A stretch of 64,000 nt of DNA, taken from Candidatus Poseidoniales archaeon (GTDB lineage Archaea; Thermoplasmatota; Poseidoniia; Poseidoniales; Poseidoniaceae). Shown here piece after piece: positions 1-9,462 of this stretch. The DNA is taken from contig QQSC01000010.1 in NCBI GenBank assembly GCA_003602475.1, positions 20,374-84,373 of the forward strand. Reading direction: 5' to 3'. The notes under the pieces are model-generated. The model saw only the letters and a list, made by a program, of their open reading frames with translations. It had not been told where the DNA came from and made no database searches. How positions within the stretch are numbered: position 1 is the stretch's first letter; every line of letters starts with the position of its first letter. Position numbers and translations under genes: made by a program.

Positions 1-399
1 CTCCGTCCCTGTGCCGGGGCGCCATCGGTCGGGCGATGTGAAGTTGGCTGAGGAACTTCCGGGAATGTTGGTGAGGGTGAACGTACCTTCCTCGTCGGCG
101 TCCGCAACGCAGGTGTTGATGGGCACGTCGCCTTCGCAAGCATACCATGACATGGCTCTGCCTAGGCCGTCCGAACTGCCGATGTAATTGCTCACCTCTG
201 CGGTGAAGGTGATTCTTTCGTAGGCGTTGTACCATTTGTCGGGTGCCGGTGATGGCGAGTCTGAAATCCCCAAGGAGCCAGTAACAGCGCTTGCGGTCGG
301 GGCGATGGAGAGCGCCAACAGGGTGGAGGAGAGGAGCAGGAACACCAGGCCTGCGCTTCGGCGCTGGATGCGGTCAGGGCCCCGCTCTCGCTCGCTCAT
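1..399 (-). CDS. Secreted/surface protein, N-terminal part (runs off window start)
   Basis: Own translation from ATG at 399: MSERERGPDRIQRRSAGLVFLLLSSTLLALSIAPTASA-VTGSLG..., open to position 1; signal-peptide-like N-terminus; absent from ORF track. Confidence 0.7.
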   Translation of the reverse strand, partial: MSERERGPDRIQRRSAGLVFLLLSSTLLALSIAPTASAVTGSLGISDSPSPAPDKWYNAYERITFTAEVSNYIGSSDGLGRAMSWYACEGDVPINTCVADADEEGTFTLTNIPGSSSANFTSPDRWRPGTGTE

Positions 400-549
400 G
401 TTGGATTGGTCAACTTGGGGATTCAAAGACTCATCGCTTCCAAAGTGCGATGTCACCCTGTTCTCCCGGGTTGTGTTGCAAGGACAATCGCAACTATCGG
501 GGCGATGTTCGGCGGCAACCTCATGAATCCCGAAGTCTTGAACCAAAGC

Positions 550-1632
550 ATGCGCACCAAGGCAAGGCGAACCTTGGCCGCTGATGAAGGCGGGCTGACC
601 GCCGTGATTGAATTTTTATCGGCTTTTACCCTCTTTTTGATGATCTTAACGGCGTTCATCTCGTTGGCCCAGTTGCAGATGGGCCCCAACGATCCTGAGG
701 TGGATCGGCTGGATCGCGCCGCTGCAATCGGGCTTGACCGATTGACAGGAGGCGAGGGATGGTTTGTGCCTTATGATGCCTCTGGGGGCCTGGATGTGGA
801 CAACGGCACGAGCGATTGGCATGAATTGGATGCAGCAACGCTGACCAATGGACGATTGCAAGCCGGTTTGTTGGGCGATGGTATCGTTGACGACCATCGG
901 ATTTCAGCCCTTCGAAACGTTACCGAGACCGGCATGGCTCAAGGACTTGGTTTGGGCGAGGGCTTGAGTTTGCACCTTTCGATCACCGTTCAACAGCACA
1001 CCGATGCAAACCAAACAGGTTCGGTCCTCTTTGAAGGCGGCACTGAGCGTGCGAGATCTCCCGCCTCTTCCACGGCATACCGCCAATTCCATCAGGACGG
1101 TCGTGTCCTGCAAATCGTTCTGGAGGTGCACAATCGGGCGCAAAAGTTCGATGTTTTGGAACTCAGTGAAGTCATGACCCGTCCTGCTGCCGGTGGACCT
1201 GAATGGATTGAACTTCGAAATCCCAACGATTTTGCTGTTGCCCTTCGAGGTTGGTCCCTCAACCACACCTCTGGTTCAGCCACGAGCAACGTGCTGTTCC
1301 AAGAAGGGGTCGTTTCCGGCGGCGGTTTAGCGGTATTGAGCGGTGACCCCTCGACGCAATCCTACGGGAACGCAAGCGAGGTCATTGATCTGGGTCAATC
1401 CGGCTTCCTCGGCGTAGGATCCCTCAATGGACTTGATGACCGGCAAGCGATCCTCTCGTTGAGGTACACTCAATTGGAGCAGGTGACGCCCTCTGAAGTC
1501 GGTCGAACGTCTTGGGGAGGGGACACGGGGCTGTTCATGGTCACTGGTCAGTCCTTGGCGTGGGACGGGGCGGACCGTTACGCAGCAACATCTTGGTCGG
1601 TGAGCGATGCACCCTCGCCCGGAGATGTTTGA
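550..1632 (+). CDS. Pilin-like (class III signal peptide) protein with C-terminal lamin-tail (LTD) domain
   Basis: N-term RRTLAADEGG/LTAVIEFLSAFTLFLMIL; C-term LELSEVM..P....EWIELRNP....VALRGWSL is LTD-like; start could be 523 or 550. Confidence 0.65.
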   Translation: MRTKARRTLAADEGGLTAVIEFLSAFTLFLMILTAFISLAQLQMGPNDPEVDRLDRAAAIGLDRLTGGEGWFVPYDASGGLDVDNGTSDWHELDAATLTNGRLQAGLLGDGIVDDHRISALRNVTETGMAQGLGLGEGLSLHLSITVQQHTDANQTGSVLFEGGTERARSPASSTAYRQFHQDGRVLQIVLEVHNRAQKFDVLELSEVMTRPAAGGPEWIELRNPNDFAVALRGWSLNHTSGSATSNVLFQEGVVSGGGLAVLSGDPSTQSYGNASEVIDLGQSGFLGVGSLNGLDDRQAILSLRYTQLEQVTPSEVGRTSWGGDTGLFMVTGQSLAWDGADRYAATSWSVSDAPSPGDV

Positions 1633-1704
1633 TTCACCCCGCTCGTAAGCGGCCAATCAAGGAAACACTTCATCAACCTGCAACCGTTCCTGTACCTTGT
1701 TCAC

Positions 1705-2487
1705 ATGCAGTCTTCAGGCGTTTACACCCGCGACCGGTGCGTGACCGGAATTCACGGTCTCGATGAAATTCTCCGCGGCGGGATACCCTACGGCTCAACC
1801 GTGCTGGCTGCAGGCACCTGCGGCTCTGGAAAAACAACGTTGGGGATGGAATTTCTTGTTCGCGGGGCACTGGCAGGAGAGGCATGTGCCCACTTTACGG
1901 CCACAGAGCCATCGGTCAAACTTCTTGAAAACATACGCCAATACTCCTTTTTCGACATGAACATGGTTGATTCGGGGCTCATCAACGTTTTTGACATGGA
2001 CGTGCTGTATTCCTGGTTGGGTTTGGACAAGGCCTCCTTTGACCTTGACGACGTCCACGCATTGATCAAATCCATTGTTGATATCGTCAACACGATTGGA
2101 GTTACCCGATTGGTGATCGATTCCGTGACCACCCTGTGTTACAAAATAAAGTCAGAACAACTGATTCGAGATTTTTTGTTCACCCTCGGTAAAAAATTAG
2201 CCACATTGGGGTGCACCACGATTCTCATCTCAGAGATCACCTCCGCAACTGAAAACGCCCATTGGTCGTCCTTTGGCGTTGAAGAGGCCATTGCAGACGG
2301 TATCATCGTCATGGGCGATTCGGAACGAATGGGCCACTTGCTGCGGTTCCTTCAGGTCGTGAAGATGCGGGGTACGTTCCACAGCCGGGCAAAGCATGCC
2401 ATCGAACTCACACCGTTGGGCGTGATGCTCATTCCGATGTTGAAATGGGGCGCCTCAGCTGACAAAGCCGGTCGATGGGGGCAATGA
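1705..2487 (+). CDS. KaiC/RAD55-like RecA-superfamily ATPase
   Basis: TGIHGLDEILRGGIP, Walker A GTCGSGKTT, Walker B RLVIDS, VVKMRG. Confidence 0.9.
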   Translation: MQSSGVYTRDRCVTGIHGLDEILRGGIPYGSTVLAAGTCGSGKTTLGMEFLVRGALAGEACAHFTATEPSVKLLENIRQYSFFDMNMVDSGLINVFDMDVLYSWLGLDKASFDLDDVHALIKSIVDIVNTIGVTRLVIDSVTTLCYKIKSEQLIRDFLFTLGKKLATLGCTTILISEITSATENAHWSSFGVEEAIADGIIVMGDSERMGHLLRFLQVVKMRGTFHSRAKHAIELTPLGVMLIPMLKWGASADKAGRWGQ

Positions 2488-3074
2488 GCATGTTTGAACT
2501 GGACCAAATGATCGCCGAGCAGTTGACACAAGTGTCCCTCAGCAGCGCCATCCAAGTCCGAGTAGGCACAGGCAACGCCTTTGGCGTTACGGCCAGCACC
2601 ATGCTACCTCTCATGCAGATGTTTGAGATGGGGGGCGTTTACATTTCCGCAAGCCGAGGGGCTGTGGAAATCATACAAGCCTACGAGGCCATTGGCATTG
2701 ACGTCTCCAACATCCATTTCTTGGATCTCGTTTCGTCCGGAGTGATGGGCGGTACGGACGTGAATTACCCCAACATCACTTTCGTTGACAGCCCCATCAT
2801 GTTGGAATCGATTTTATTGAGGACGTTGTACACGCTGCGCACCGTAAGCACACCTCGGAATTTCGTGATTCTCGACAGCATCAATGCGCTTTCCATTTAC
2901 AACGATGAGCGCATGCTTGCCGAATATCTTCACACCTTCATCAACACCTTTCGCCAGCGAGAGGTGCTCTCTGTCCTGTTGACCGTCCCGGACCAAACAC
3001 CACCGTTGGTTTTGGCCAATCTCGACACCTACTGCACGGACATTGTCGATCGTGGGCAAGTGGTTCTTCTCTGA
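2484..3074 (+). CDS. Inactive KaiC-like (DUF835-like) RecA-fold protein
   Basis: No Walker A; retains GVYIS, IHFLD, FVILDSINAL; ATGA overlap with upstream gene. Confidence 0.65.
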   Translation: MSMFELDQMIAEQLTQVSLSSAIQVRVGTGNAFGVTASTMLPLMQMFEMGGVYISASRGAVEIIQAYEAIGIDVSNIHFLDLVSSGVMGGTDVNYPNITFVDSPIMLESILLRTLYTLRTVSTPRNFVILDSINALSIYNDERMLAEYLHTFINTFRQREVLSVLLTVPDQTPPLVLANLDTYCTDIVDRGQVVLL

Positions 3075-3083
3075 GGTGAGTTC

Positions 3084-3887
3084 ATGGCAAGAAAAATGAC
3101 CTTTGATGCAGATGACGAAGAATTCTTTGGAAAAGTAGGGTCGTTTGGTGTCCCGAAATTCGACAATGAAATGCACGGTGGTGTCCCCCGCGGGTTCACC
3201 ATTGTGGCGTTTACTGAAACCGGTTCGGGCAGCGAGTTGTTTGCCAAACAATTCACCTCCCCGGCCGAAGAATCGGAAAACACCCTGTACATCACCACGG
3301 ATGAAGGCGAACAAGAAATTGCTCGCATCTTCCAAAAGTACGGCTGGCCGCTCGACATCAACGTGCGCACCATCGGCGAAGAATACAACGCCAATGTTCT
3401 CGAGAGAGAACTCCTTGCCAGCCGTTACCGCCTTGAGGGGTTCCGTCTCGAAGACATTCAGCGTCTGGCTCAAACACGATTCGTGGACGACTCCAGCCAG
3501 GATTACCTCACCGAAGTGACCAACGAAATCATGGGATTGGGTCCATACTTCCGTGCGGTTCTTGACAATCTTGATTTCTTTTTGCAACGCAACGATAAAT
3601 CTCGGGTTCTTTCCATGGTTCGTATGTTGCAAGCCCATGCTCAAATGGTGCGTGGGATTCTCATGATTTCGGTTTCGACCGATGGTCTAGATTCCACTGT
3701 GAAACAAGAACTGTCCTCCATTGCAGACATGGTGCTCTCGTTCAAGGTTCGAACGATTGGTACGGACTTTGAGAATTCAATGATCGTAAGCAAATTCCGA
3801 AACGCCCCAGAGAACCTCAAGATTCTCGTGTTCCGAGTCACGCCCGATGAAGGCATCACCCCCGAAACCGTGGAGCGTATCGCTTGA
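3084..3887 (+). CDS. KaiC/RAD55-like protein with degenerate Walker A
   Basis: FGVPKFDNEMHGGVPRG, ETGSGSELF in place of GxxGxGKT, LYITTDE, VSKFRN; GAGGTGA RBS. Confidence 0.8.
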   Translation: MARKMTFDADDEEFFGKVGSFGVPKFDNEMHGGVPRGFTIVAFTETGSGSELFAKQFTSPAEESENTLYITTDEGEQEIARIFQKYGWPLDINVRTIGEEYNANVLERELLASRYRLEGFRLEDIQRLAQTRFVDDSSQDYLTEVTNEIMGLGPYFRAVLDNLDFFLQRNDKSRVLSMVRMLQAHAQMVRGILMISVSTDGLDSTVKQELSSIADMVLSFKVRTIGTDFENSMIVSKFRNAPENLKILVFRVTPDEGITPETVERIA

Positions 3888-3942
3888 AGTTGTATTGGGA
3901 AATCAACGACACCTCCAAAACAGTCGGGCTTCAGCCGGGGTC

Positions 3943-4704
3943 ATGGGCACAAGAGCGGCGACTGGGGGGTACGACCCATCCGGTATCGATTTGGAAGCTT
4001 GGGAGTCGCTGGAAGCCCAACTTGAAGCCACCATCCCCAACTACGATCGGGTCAACAAATGGATGACCTTTCGTCAGGACAAACGATGGCGTCGCAACGT
4101 CCGTAATCACGCCGCTCAAGGCATGAAAGTGCTTGAGGTGGGCTGCGGCCCAGGATCGTTTGCAGAAGACTTGGTGGGGCTCGATGTGACGTGCCTCGAC
4201 CCTTCTCCAGAGATGTTGGCTACGGCAAAACAACGCGTCGACGGAGCGAGGGAAAAAAGAGGGGAGGCGCCCGCTGAATACGTCGAAGCAATCGCCGAAG
4301 AGATCCCCCTGCCCGACAACACCTACGACATGGTGTTTTGTTTGTTTTCATTCAGGGACTTTCGTGATAAAGAACAAGGTCTAAGGGAGATTTTTAGAGT
4401 TCTCAAACCGGGCGGTCGCCTCGTCATGTGCGATGCCGGAAAGGCCAACAGAATTCACGGCTTTTTCGGTTACTTGTGGATGAACACCGGCGTCCAGGTG
4501 ATGGCCCGGATCCTCACACGTGAGCGCAACCACCCGTGGAAGGGTCTTGCAAAGTCCTACACTCACTACGGGACGAACGGATATTATCGTAAAATGATGA
4601 AAAGAGTCGGGTTTGAAAGCGTGGATGGCCGCTTGCTTCTTCCCTTTGGAATGGCAAGCCGATTCAGGGGCACGAAACCTGTGTCCAGTCAACAACCCCG
4701 TTAG
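3943..4704 (+). CDS. UbiE/MenG-like class I SAM methyltransferase
   Basis: YDRVNKWMTF..DKRWR, VLEVGCGPG, EIFRVLKPGG. Confidence 0.85.
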   Translation: MGTRAATGGYDPSGIDLEAWESLEAQLEATIPNYDRVNKWMTFRQDKRWRRNVRNHAAQGMKVLEVGCGPGSFAEDLVGLDVTCLDPSPEMLATAKQRVDGAREKRGEAPAEYVEAIAEEIPLPDNTYDMVFCLFSFRDFRDKEQGLREIFRVLKPGGRLVMCDAGKANRIHGFFGYLWMNTGVQVMARILTRERNHPWKGLAKSYTHYGTNGYYRKMMKRVGFESVDGRLLLPFGMASRFRGTKPVSSQQPR

Positions 4705-4749
4705 ACTCTTAAACCCCGCTTAGTTGACCGGAAGCAACAGGTGCTTGAC

Positions 4750-5064
4750 ATGGGTATGGTTGACGTCCTCCGAAGCATCAAAAACGCAGAACAGGCTGCA
4801 GAAAAGCGCCTTTCTGACGCTCAAGATGAAGTTGCAAAGCTTCTGTCTGACGCCCGTAAAAAGTCATCAGAGATGATTCAAACTGCGGCTGACACATCCG
4901 TCGCTGCATCCCAAGCCATTCTTGACGACGCACGGAACAAGGCGCAGGCTGAAGCCGATGTGGTCAAGGCTGACGGCGCCAAAGCTGTTGCCAGCATTGA
5001 ATCAAAGTCGGCTAACAATCAAGCCAAGGCCGTTCAGATGGTCATCGATTCCCTTTCTTCTTGA
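4750..5064 (+). CDS. atpH: A-type ATP synthase subunit H
   Basis: Short Ala/Lys/Glu-rich coiled coil, first gene of ATP synthase operon. Confidence 0.8.
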   Translation: MGMVDVLRSIKNAEQAAEKRLSDAQDEVAKLLSDARKKSSEMIQTAADTSVAASQAILDDARNKAQAEADVVKADGAKAVASIESKSANNQAKAVQMVIDSLSS

Positions 5065-5075
5065 GTTGAGCCGCC

Positions 5076-7112
5076 ATGTTTGACACCGTTGCCATGTCCC
5101 GTTTGACAGTGGCTGCGCCGCTGTCCAACATGGAAGATGTGCTCCGTGCCTGCACCAACGAGGGCTGCGTCCACGTGGAGACCTACGCCAACTTCGAAGA
5201 CGGCATCCAAGTCGGTCAAGCCATCAACTCCGATGAAGCCAACGAGGTCAGCGCCCTTCTTGCAAAGGTGCGGGCAGCCGTCTCCGCTTTCAAACCCGTC
5301 AACGCCGACGGTCCCTTGCCGGTTCGCAAAATCAAGGACCTCATTTCAGGGGATTTTCCCGCTCAACTTCAGGACAGCTTGAACCATCTTGACCAGCAAC
5401 GCGACGCTGAGGCCGAGGTGGCTCTTCTGGTGGAGCAAATCAAACTCATGAAGCGCTTGGTGCCTTTAGGTGTCGATCTTGAACTTCTCATGGGCAGCGA
5501 CCGAGTTGAGGTCTTCGTCGCTGAAACCTCAAAGGCAAGCAAAGCCGCCTCCACCTTTGGTGAACTGGCTTCAAGAGTTGAACTCGCTTCCGCTCCGGGC
5601 GTTGTTGCCGTCGCTTGCATGCCATCGGATTCAGCGGAAGTCCAGATGGCTCTTGGCGAGTTGGGCGGAAAACCTGTTCAAATTCCCAACATGGAAGGCT
5701 CCCCCAAGAAAATTCTTGGCGCTCTCATCATGCAAAAGGAATCGGCTCAAGCCACGCAAGAGTCCTCCAAGAAACAAGCCAACAAATGGGCCGATGCCAA
5801 CGCTCGTCATCTCTTGGCTGTCCAAGAACACCTGTCAAAGGAAGATGAAATTTTCACGGCACCCACGCAAATGGCCGTTTCCGGTCAAGCCTTTGCACTG
5901 GACGCTTGGGTCCCCACAGCCAAGGAACAAAGCATTCGTGCATCGCTCAAGCACATCGCCTCTCACGTTGAAGTCGAAGCGTTTGTCAACGACCATCACG
6001 GCCACGACGACCACGACGACCACGGCGAGGAAGTTGCCCCTCCTATCGCTCTTGAAAACGGTGAGGTCTCCAAGCCGTTTGAACTGCTGGTTGGCCTTGT
6101 TGGGCGACCAGCGTACGGCACGTTCGACCCCACCTTCTTCATGATGCTGACCTTCCCCATCATTTACGGGCTGATCCTCGGCGATTTCGGATATGGCCTC
6201 ATCGTTCTTCTCATTGGCATGTACCTCGGGACCAAGCCCTTCGCTGCTGACCCCGTGGTCAACAACGGCATCACCATTTTGAAGTGGATGGGCGTATGGT
6301 GCATCATTTGGGGCCTGCTGTTTGCTGAAGGGTTTGGCTTTGTGTGGGATGAAAGCTGGTCTCCCCTTGCACCGTTTTACGAGTGGACAAAGAGCATGAC
6401 CGACGGCAACCTTCCTGAGTTCGTCACCGGGACGCTCGGTATGAGCCACACCTACATCCCCTTCCACCGCGCTACCGGTGCGCTGACCGACTATGTGCTG
6501 CTCTCCGTTTACCTCGGTATCGTGCACCTCGCCTTCGGTTTCATCCTCGGTTTCATCAACGTGGCACGAGGTCACGGCCTTGCTGCTGCGTTCTTCGAAA
6601 AAGGCAGTTGGATGCTCATCCTCTTCGGCGGCACCCTTCACATTTACGGTTTCCTCACCGACCCGGACATCATCGCCACCACACCCACGATTTGGGCCAT
6701 GGTGACCCTTGTCGGCGTGGCTTGCCTGATCGTTGGCCTGGCCGTGTACGAGAAGTTCGGGTGGGCAGGTGGCATCATCATGGGCCCCATCGAAACCTTT
6801 GGGCTGCTTGCGAACACCTTGTCGTACTTGCGTGTGATGGGCGTCGGTGTTGCCGGCGTCAAGATTGCAGAAGTCTCCATCACCATGGGCTTCGATTTGA
6901 TGGTCACGACCTCCAACCCCCTCCTCATGGTGGTTGGTTTGCTGCTCTTTGTCCTCATTCAGGCCTTTGCTCTTGCATTGGGCATCTTGTCCCCCAGCAT
7001 TCACGCTGCCCGTCTCCACTTTGTGGAATGGATGGGCAAATTTTACGACGGAACCGGCCGGATTTTTTCCCCGCTCGGCGGCCGTACCCTCCACACGGAG
7101 GGGCAATCATAG
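5076..7112 (+). CDS. atpI: A-type ATP synthase subunit I (a)
   Basis: DPT..FP..YG..LGDFGYG, NTLSYLR, HAARLHFVEW. Confidence 0.95.
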   Translation: MFDTVAMSRLTVAAPLSNMEDVLRACTNEGCVHVETYANFEDGIQVGQAINSDEANEVSALLAKVRAAVSAFKPVNADGPLPVRKIKDLISGDFPAQLQDSLNHLDQQRDAEAEVALLVEQIKLMKRLVPLGVDLELLMGSDRVEVFVAETSKASKAASTFGELASRVELASAPGVVAVACMPSDSAEVQMALGELGGKPVQIPNMEGSPKKILGALIMQKESAQATQESSKKQANKWADANARHLLAVQEHLSKEDEIFTAPTQMAVSGQAFALDAWVPTAKEQSIRASLKHIASHVEVEAFVNDHHGHDDHDDHGEEVAPPIALENGEVSKPFELLVGLVGRPAYGTFDPTFFMMLTFPIIYGLILGDFGYGLIVLLIGMYLGTKPFAADPVVNNGITILKWMGVWCIIWGLLFAEGFGFVWDESWSPLAPFYEWTKSMTDGNLPEFVTGTLGMSHTYIPFHRATGALTDYVLLSVYLGIVHLAFGFILGFINVARGHGLAAAFFEKGSWMLILFGGTLHIYGFLTDPDIIATTPTIWAMVTLVGVACLIVGLAVYEKFGWAGGIIMGPIETFGLLANTLSYLRVMGVGVAGVKIAEVSITMGFDLMVTTSNPLLMVVGLLLFVLIQAFALALGILSPSIHAARLHFVEWMGKFYDGTGRIFSPLGGRTLHTEGQS

Positions 7113-7140
7113 TCCCATGGACAAACTAGGAGGTAGAAAA

Positions 7141-7452
7141 ATGAACAACATTACCCTAAAAAAGAGCCTGCGCACGCTGATCGTACTTTTGACCCTCGCC
7201 TTGGTCGCCCAAGGCGTTGCTGCAGAAGGCGAAACAACGGAATCTGTGAACGCCATGACCGGTGACATCGGTGTCGGCCTCGCCCTTGGCCTTGCTGCCA
7301 TCGGCGCTGGCTTCTCCCAAGCTGCCATCGGATCCGCTGCTATCGGCATGATCGCTGAAGACGACGGAAAGTTCGGTTACGGACTCATCTTCACTGCGCT
7401 TCCTGAATCCATCGTGATTCTGGGCGCTCTCCCACTCTTCTTGGGCAACTGA
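7141..7452 (+). CDS. atpK: A-type ATP synthase subunit K (c)
   Basis: GLAAIGAGFSQ..IG and ALPESIVI hairpin; AGGAGG RBS upstream. Confidence 0.95.
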   Translation: MNNITLKKSLRTLIVLLTLALVAQGVAAEGETTESVNAMTGDIGVGLALGLAAIGAGFSQAAIGSAAIGMIAEDDGKFGYGLIFTALPESIVILGALPLFLGN

Positions 7453-7471
7453 GTCCAGAAAGTGAGAAACC

Positions 7472-7485
7472 GGGGCTTCGGCCCC
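7472..7485 (+). other. GGGGC-UUCG-GCCCC hairpin between atpK and atpE
   Basis: Perfect 5-bp GC stem with C(UUCG)G tetraloop. Confidence 0.6.
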
Positions 7486-7512
7486 ATCGCAAGAAAGAAT
7501 GGAGAGAAGAAC

Positions 7513-8076
7513 ATGACATTAGAAACACTGGCAAAAGACATTGCAGAAGCTGCAGAGACTGAAGCGAAGAACATGATTGCTGCTGCCAAAGACGAAGCTC
7601 AGGCTCTCGTCGATGAAGCAAGCACTCGGGTTGCAGAAATTGAAAGCGAAGCCAAACAGCGCGCTGAAAAAGAAGCCGGCCAAATCGCTCGTGAAGTGGT
7701 GGCAAGCGCTCGCCAATCCAATCAAAAAGACGTGCTCGTCGCACGTCGAATGGTGTTGGATGCGACCTACAACACCGCAAAGAGCACCGTTGCAGATCCT
7801 GGTATGAAAGGACGAGCGGCTATCCTGAAAGCCCTCTTGGCAGAAGCCAAGAAGGTTGGCAAGGGTGATTTCGTCGTCCGTCCCGTGGCGGTTGACGAAG
7901 CGGCCATCAAGAAAGGTGCTGGTGATTTCAAAATGGGCGATTCCGTAGACGGCTTGGGTGGATTCATCCTCGAGGCCGCCGACGGATCGGTGTCCTTTGA
8001 CATGCGCTTTGACAACATGCTTGGCCGAGCCTGGTCTGACCAGCTGGCCAACATCAACGCAACGTTGTTTGAATGA
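7513..8076 (+). CDS. atpE: A-type ATP synthase subunit E
   Basis: N-terminal coiled coil, GGFILEAADGSVSFD; operon position. Confidence 0.9.
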   Translation: MTLETLAKDIAEAAETEAKNMIAAAKDEAQALVDEASTRVAEIESEAKQRAEKEAGQIAREVVASARQSNQKDVLVARRMVLDATYNTAKSTVADPGMKGRAAILKALLAEAKKVGKGDFVVRPVAVDEAAIKKGAGDFKMGDSVDGLGGFILEAADGSVSFDMRFDNMLGRAWSDQLANINATLFE

Positions 8077-8089
8077 GGTGATGAACGTG

Positions 8090-9127
8090 ATGCTCGGTAA
8101 CACAGCCTACGTTGTCTCTCGCGCCAAGTCGCGAAGGCAAAAGCTGGCCGACCGAGCCCGTCTGCGTCAACTCATCAACCAATCCGTTGACCAACTTTCG
8201 GTGGCAGTTGGCGACATCGGTTACAGAACTGAACTCGACCTCTATGCCGGTAAGTTGACTGGGGGAGATTTGATCGAAGCTGCCCTTACGCACAACCTCG
8301 AAGCTGAGTTGTCCAACGTGCTCGACATGACCTCGGGGAAAATCCGAAGCCTGATTGAGATCTACACGGGTCGTTTTGAGTATCAGAATGCCAAAGCCGT
8401 GCTTCGAGCCATTCACAACGAGGTGGCCATCGAAGAGGTGGCCAATTCCATTCTTCCCGAATTAAACGACATCAACACGCCGTGGTTGAAGGTGGTCGAA
8501 AGTTGCGACGACCTTCGCTCTGCCGCTGTGCTCATGAAACGCAAATCGTTCGGTCCATCTCTGCTGAAGGTTCCAGAAGACGGTTCCTTGGCTGATTACG
8601 AAGATGCGTTGGATCGCCATTACTATGCCGAGGCTCGCGAGGCTCTCCGGACGGCTAAAGGCGCTCCAGCCCGAATTCTGGCCAAGCAATTTGCAGCTGA
8701 AATTGATCACCGCAACATCGCTAACATACTGGAAGCAAGTGCAGTGGGCATTGGCCGTGAGCAATTGGTGTCGCTGTTGATTCCTGGCGGCTCACTGATT
8801 CCACGACGTGCTTTTGCAGCCATCGCAAACGGCGGAGAAGAAGCCATGATTGACCTCCTCCGCTCGTCAAAATCCTTTGACATTGCAGGCTTTGAGCATG
8901 CCTTGAGCGACACCAAAGCCACCCGAAGCCTTGACCCCGTGATCACATGGCTGAAAACACGAGAGGCAGGCATGATGCGCAGGATGAGCTACCTCCATCC
9001 CGTGTCAGCCCTGCCAATCATCCATTATGTGGCGATGAAGGTTCAGGAAGTCACTGACCTACGACTGATCGTACGAGGTCGCATGGCGGGTTTGTCCGCC
9101 GAAGTGCTGGAAGCACACGTTTTGTGA
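8090..9127 (+). CDS. atpC: A-type ATP synthase subunit C
   Basis: AYVVSRAK, EDALDRHYY, EIDHRNI, EVTDLRLIVRG; operon position. Confidence 0.9.
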   Translation: MLGNTAYVVSRAKSRRQKLADRARLRQLINQSVDQLSVAVGDIGYRTELDLYAGKLTGGDLIEAALTHNLEAELSNVLDMTSGKIRSLIEIYTGRFEYQNAKAVLRAIHNEVAIEEVANSILPELNDINTPWLKVVESCDDLRSAAVLMKRKSFGPSLLKVPEDGSLADYEDALDRHYYAEAREALRTAKGAPARILAKQFAAEIDHRNIANILEASAVGIGREQLVSLLIPGGSLIPRRAFAAIANGGEEAMIDLLRSSKSFDIAGFEHALSDTKATRSLDPVITWLKTREAGMMRRMSYLHPVSALPIIHYVAMKVQEVTDLRLIVRGRMAGLSAEVLEAHVL

Positions 9128-9137
9128 GGTGAAATGA

Positions 9138-9437
9138 ATGGAAATCGCAGTCGTTGGTTCCCCCGCATTCACCCTGGGCTTCCAGCTCGCAGGTCTTTCC
9201 GACCTGCACAATCCAGAAAACGAAGAAGCGTTGCACTCAACGCTCCGTTCCCTACTCAACAACAAGAGCGTTGGTATCGTGGTGGTCGACTCCGTCATGA
9301 TGACCAACCTCCCCGATCGTTTGCGCTCGCAACTTTCGGCATCCGTCTCCCCCACCGTGCTCGGCATCGGAACGGAGGAAGACACCACCTTGCGGGACAC
9401 CATCCGCAAGGCCATAGGAGTCGATTTGTGGAAGTGA
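9138..9437 (+). CDS. atpF: A-type ATP synthase subunit F
   Basis: IAVVG....[17 protein letters not shown]. Confidence 0.95.
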   Translation: MEIAVVGSPAFTLGFQLAGLSDLHNPENEEALHSTLRSLLNNKSVGIVVVDSVMMTNLPDRLRSQLSASVSPTVLGIGTEEDTTLRDTIRKAIGVDLWK

Positions 9438-9462
9438 TGTTCCACCCCAGGAGGAAAACAGA

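Noticed and set aside
5835..7106. 423-aa antisense ORF (also 2814-3644, 14819-15703, 61954-62922 and others)
   Set aside because: Shadow frames opposite well-supported genes; no recognisable motifs
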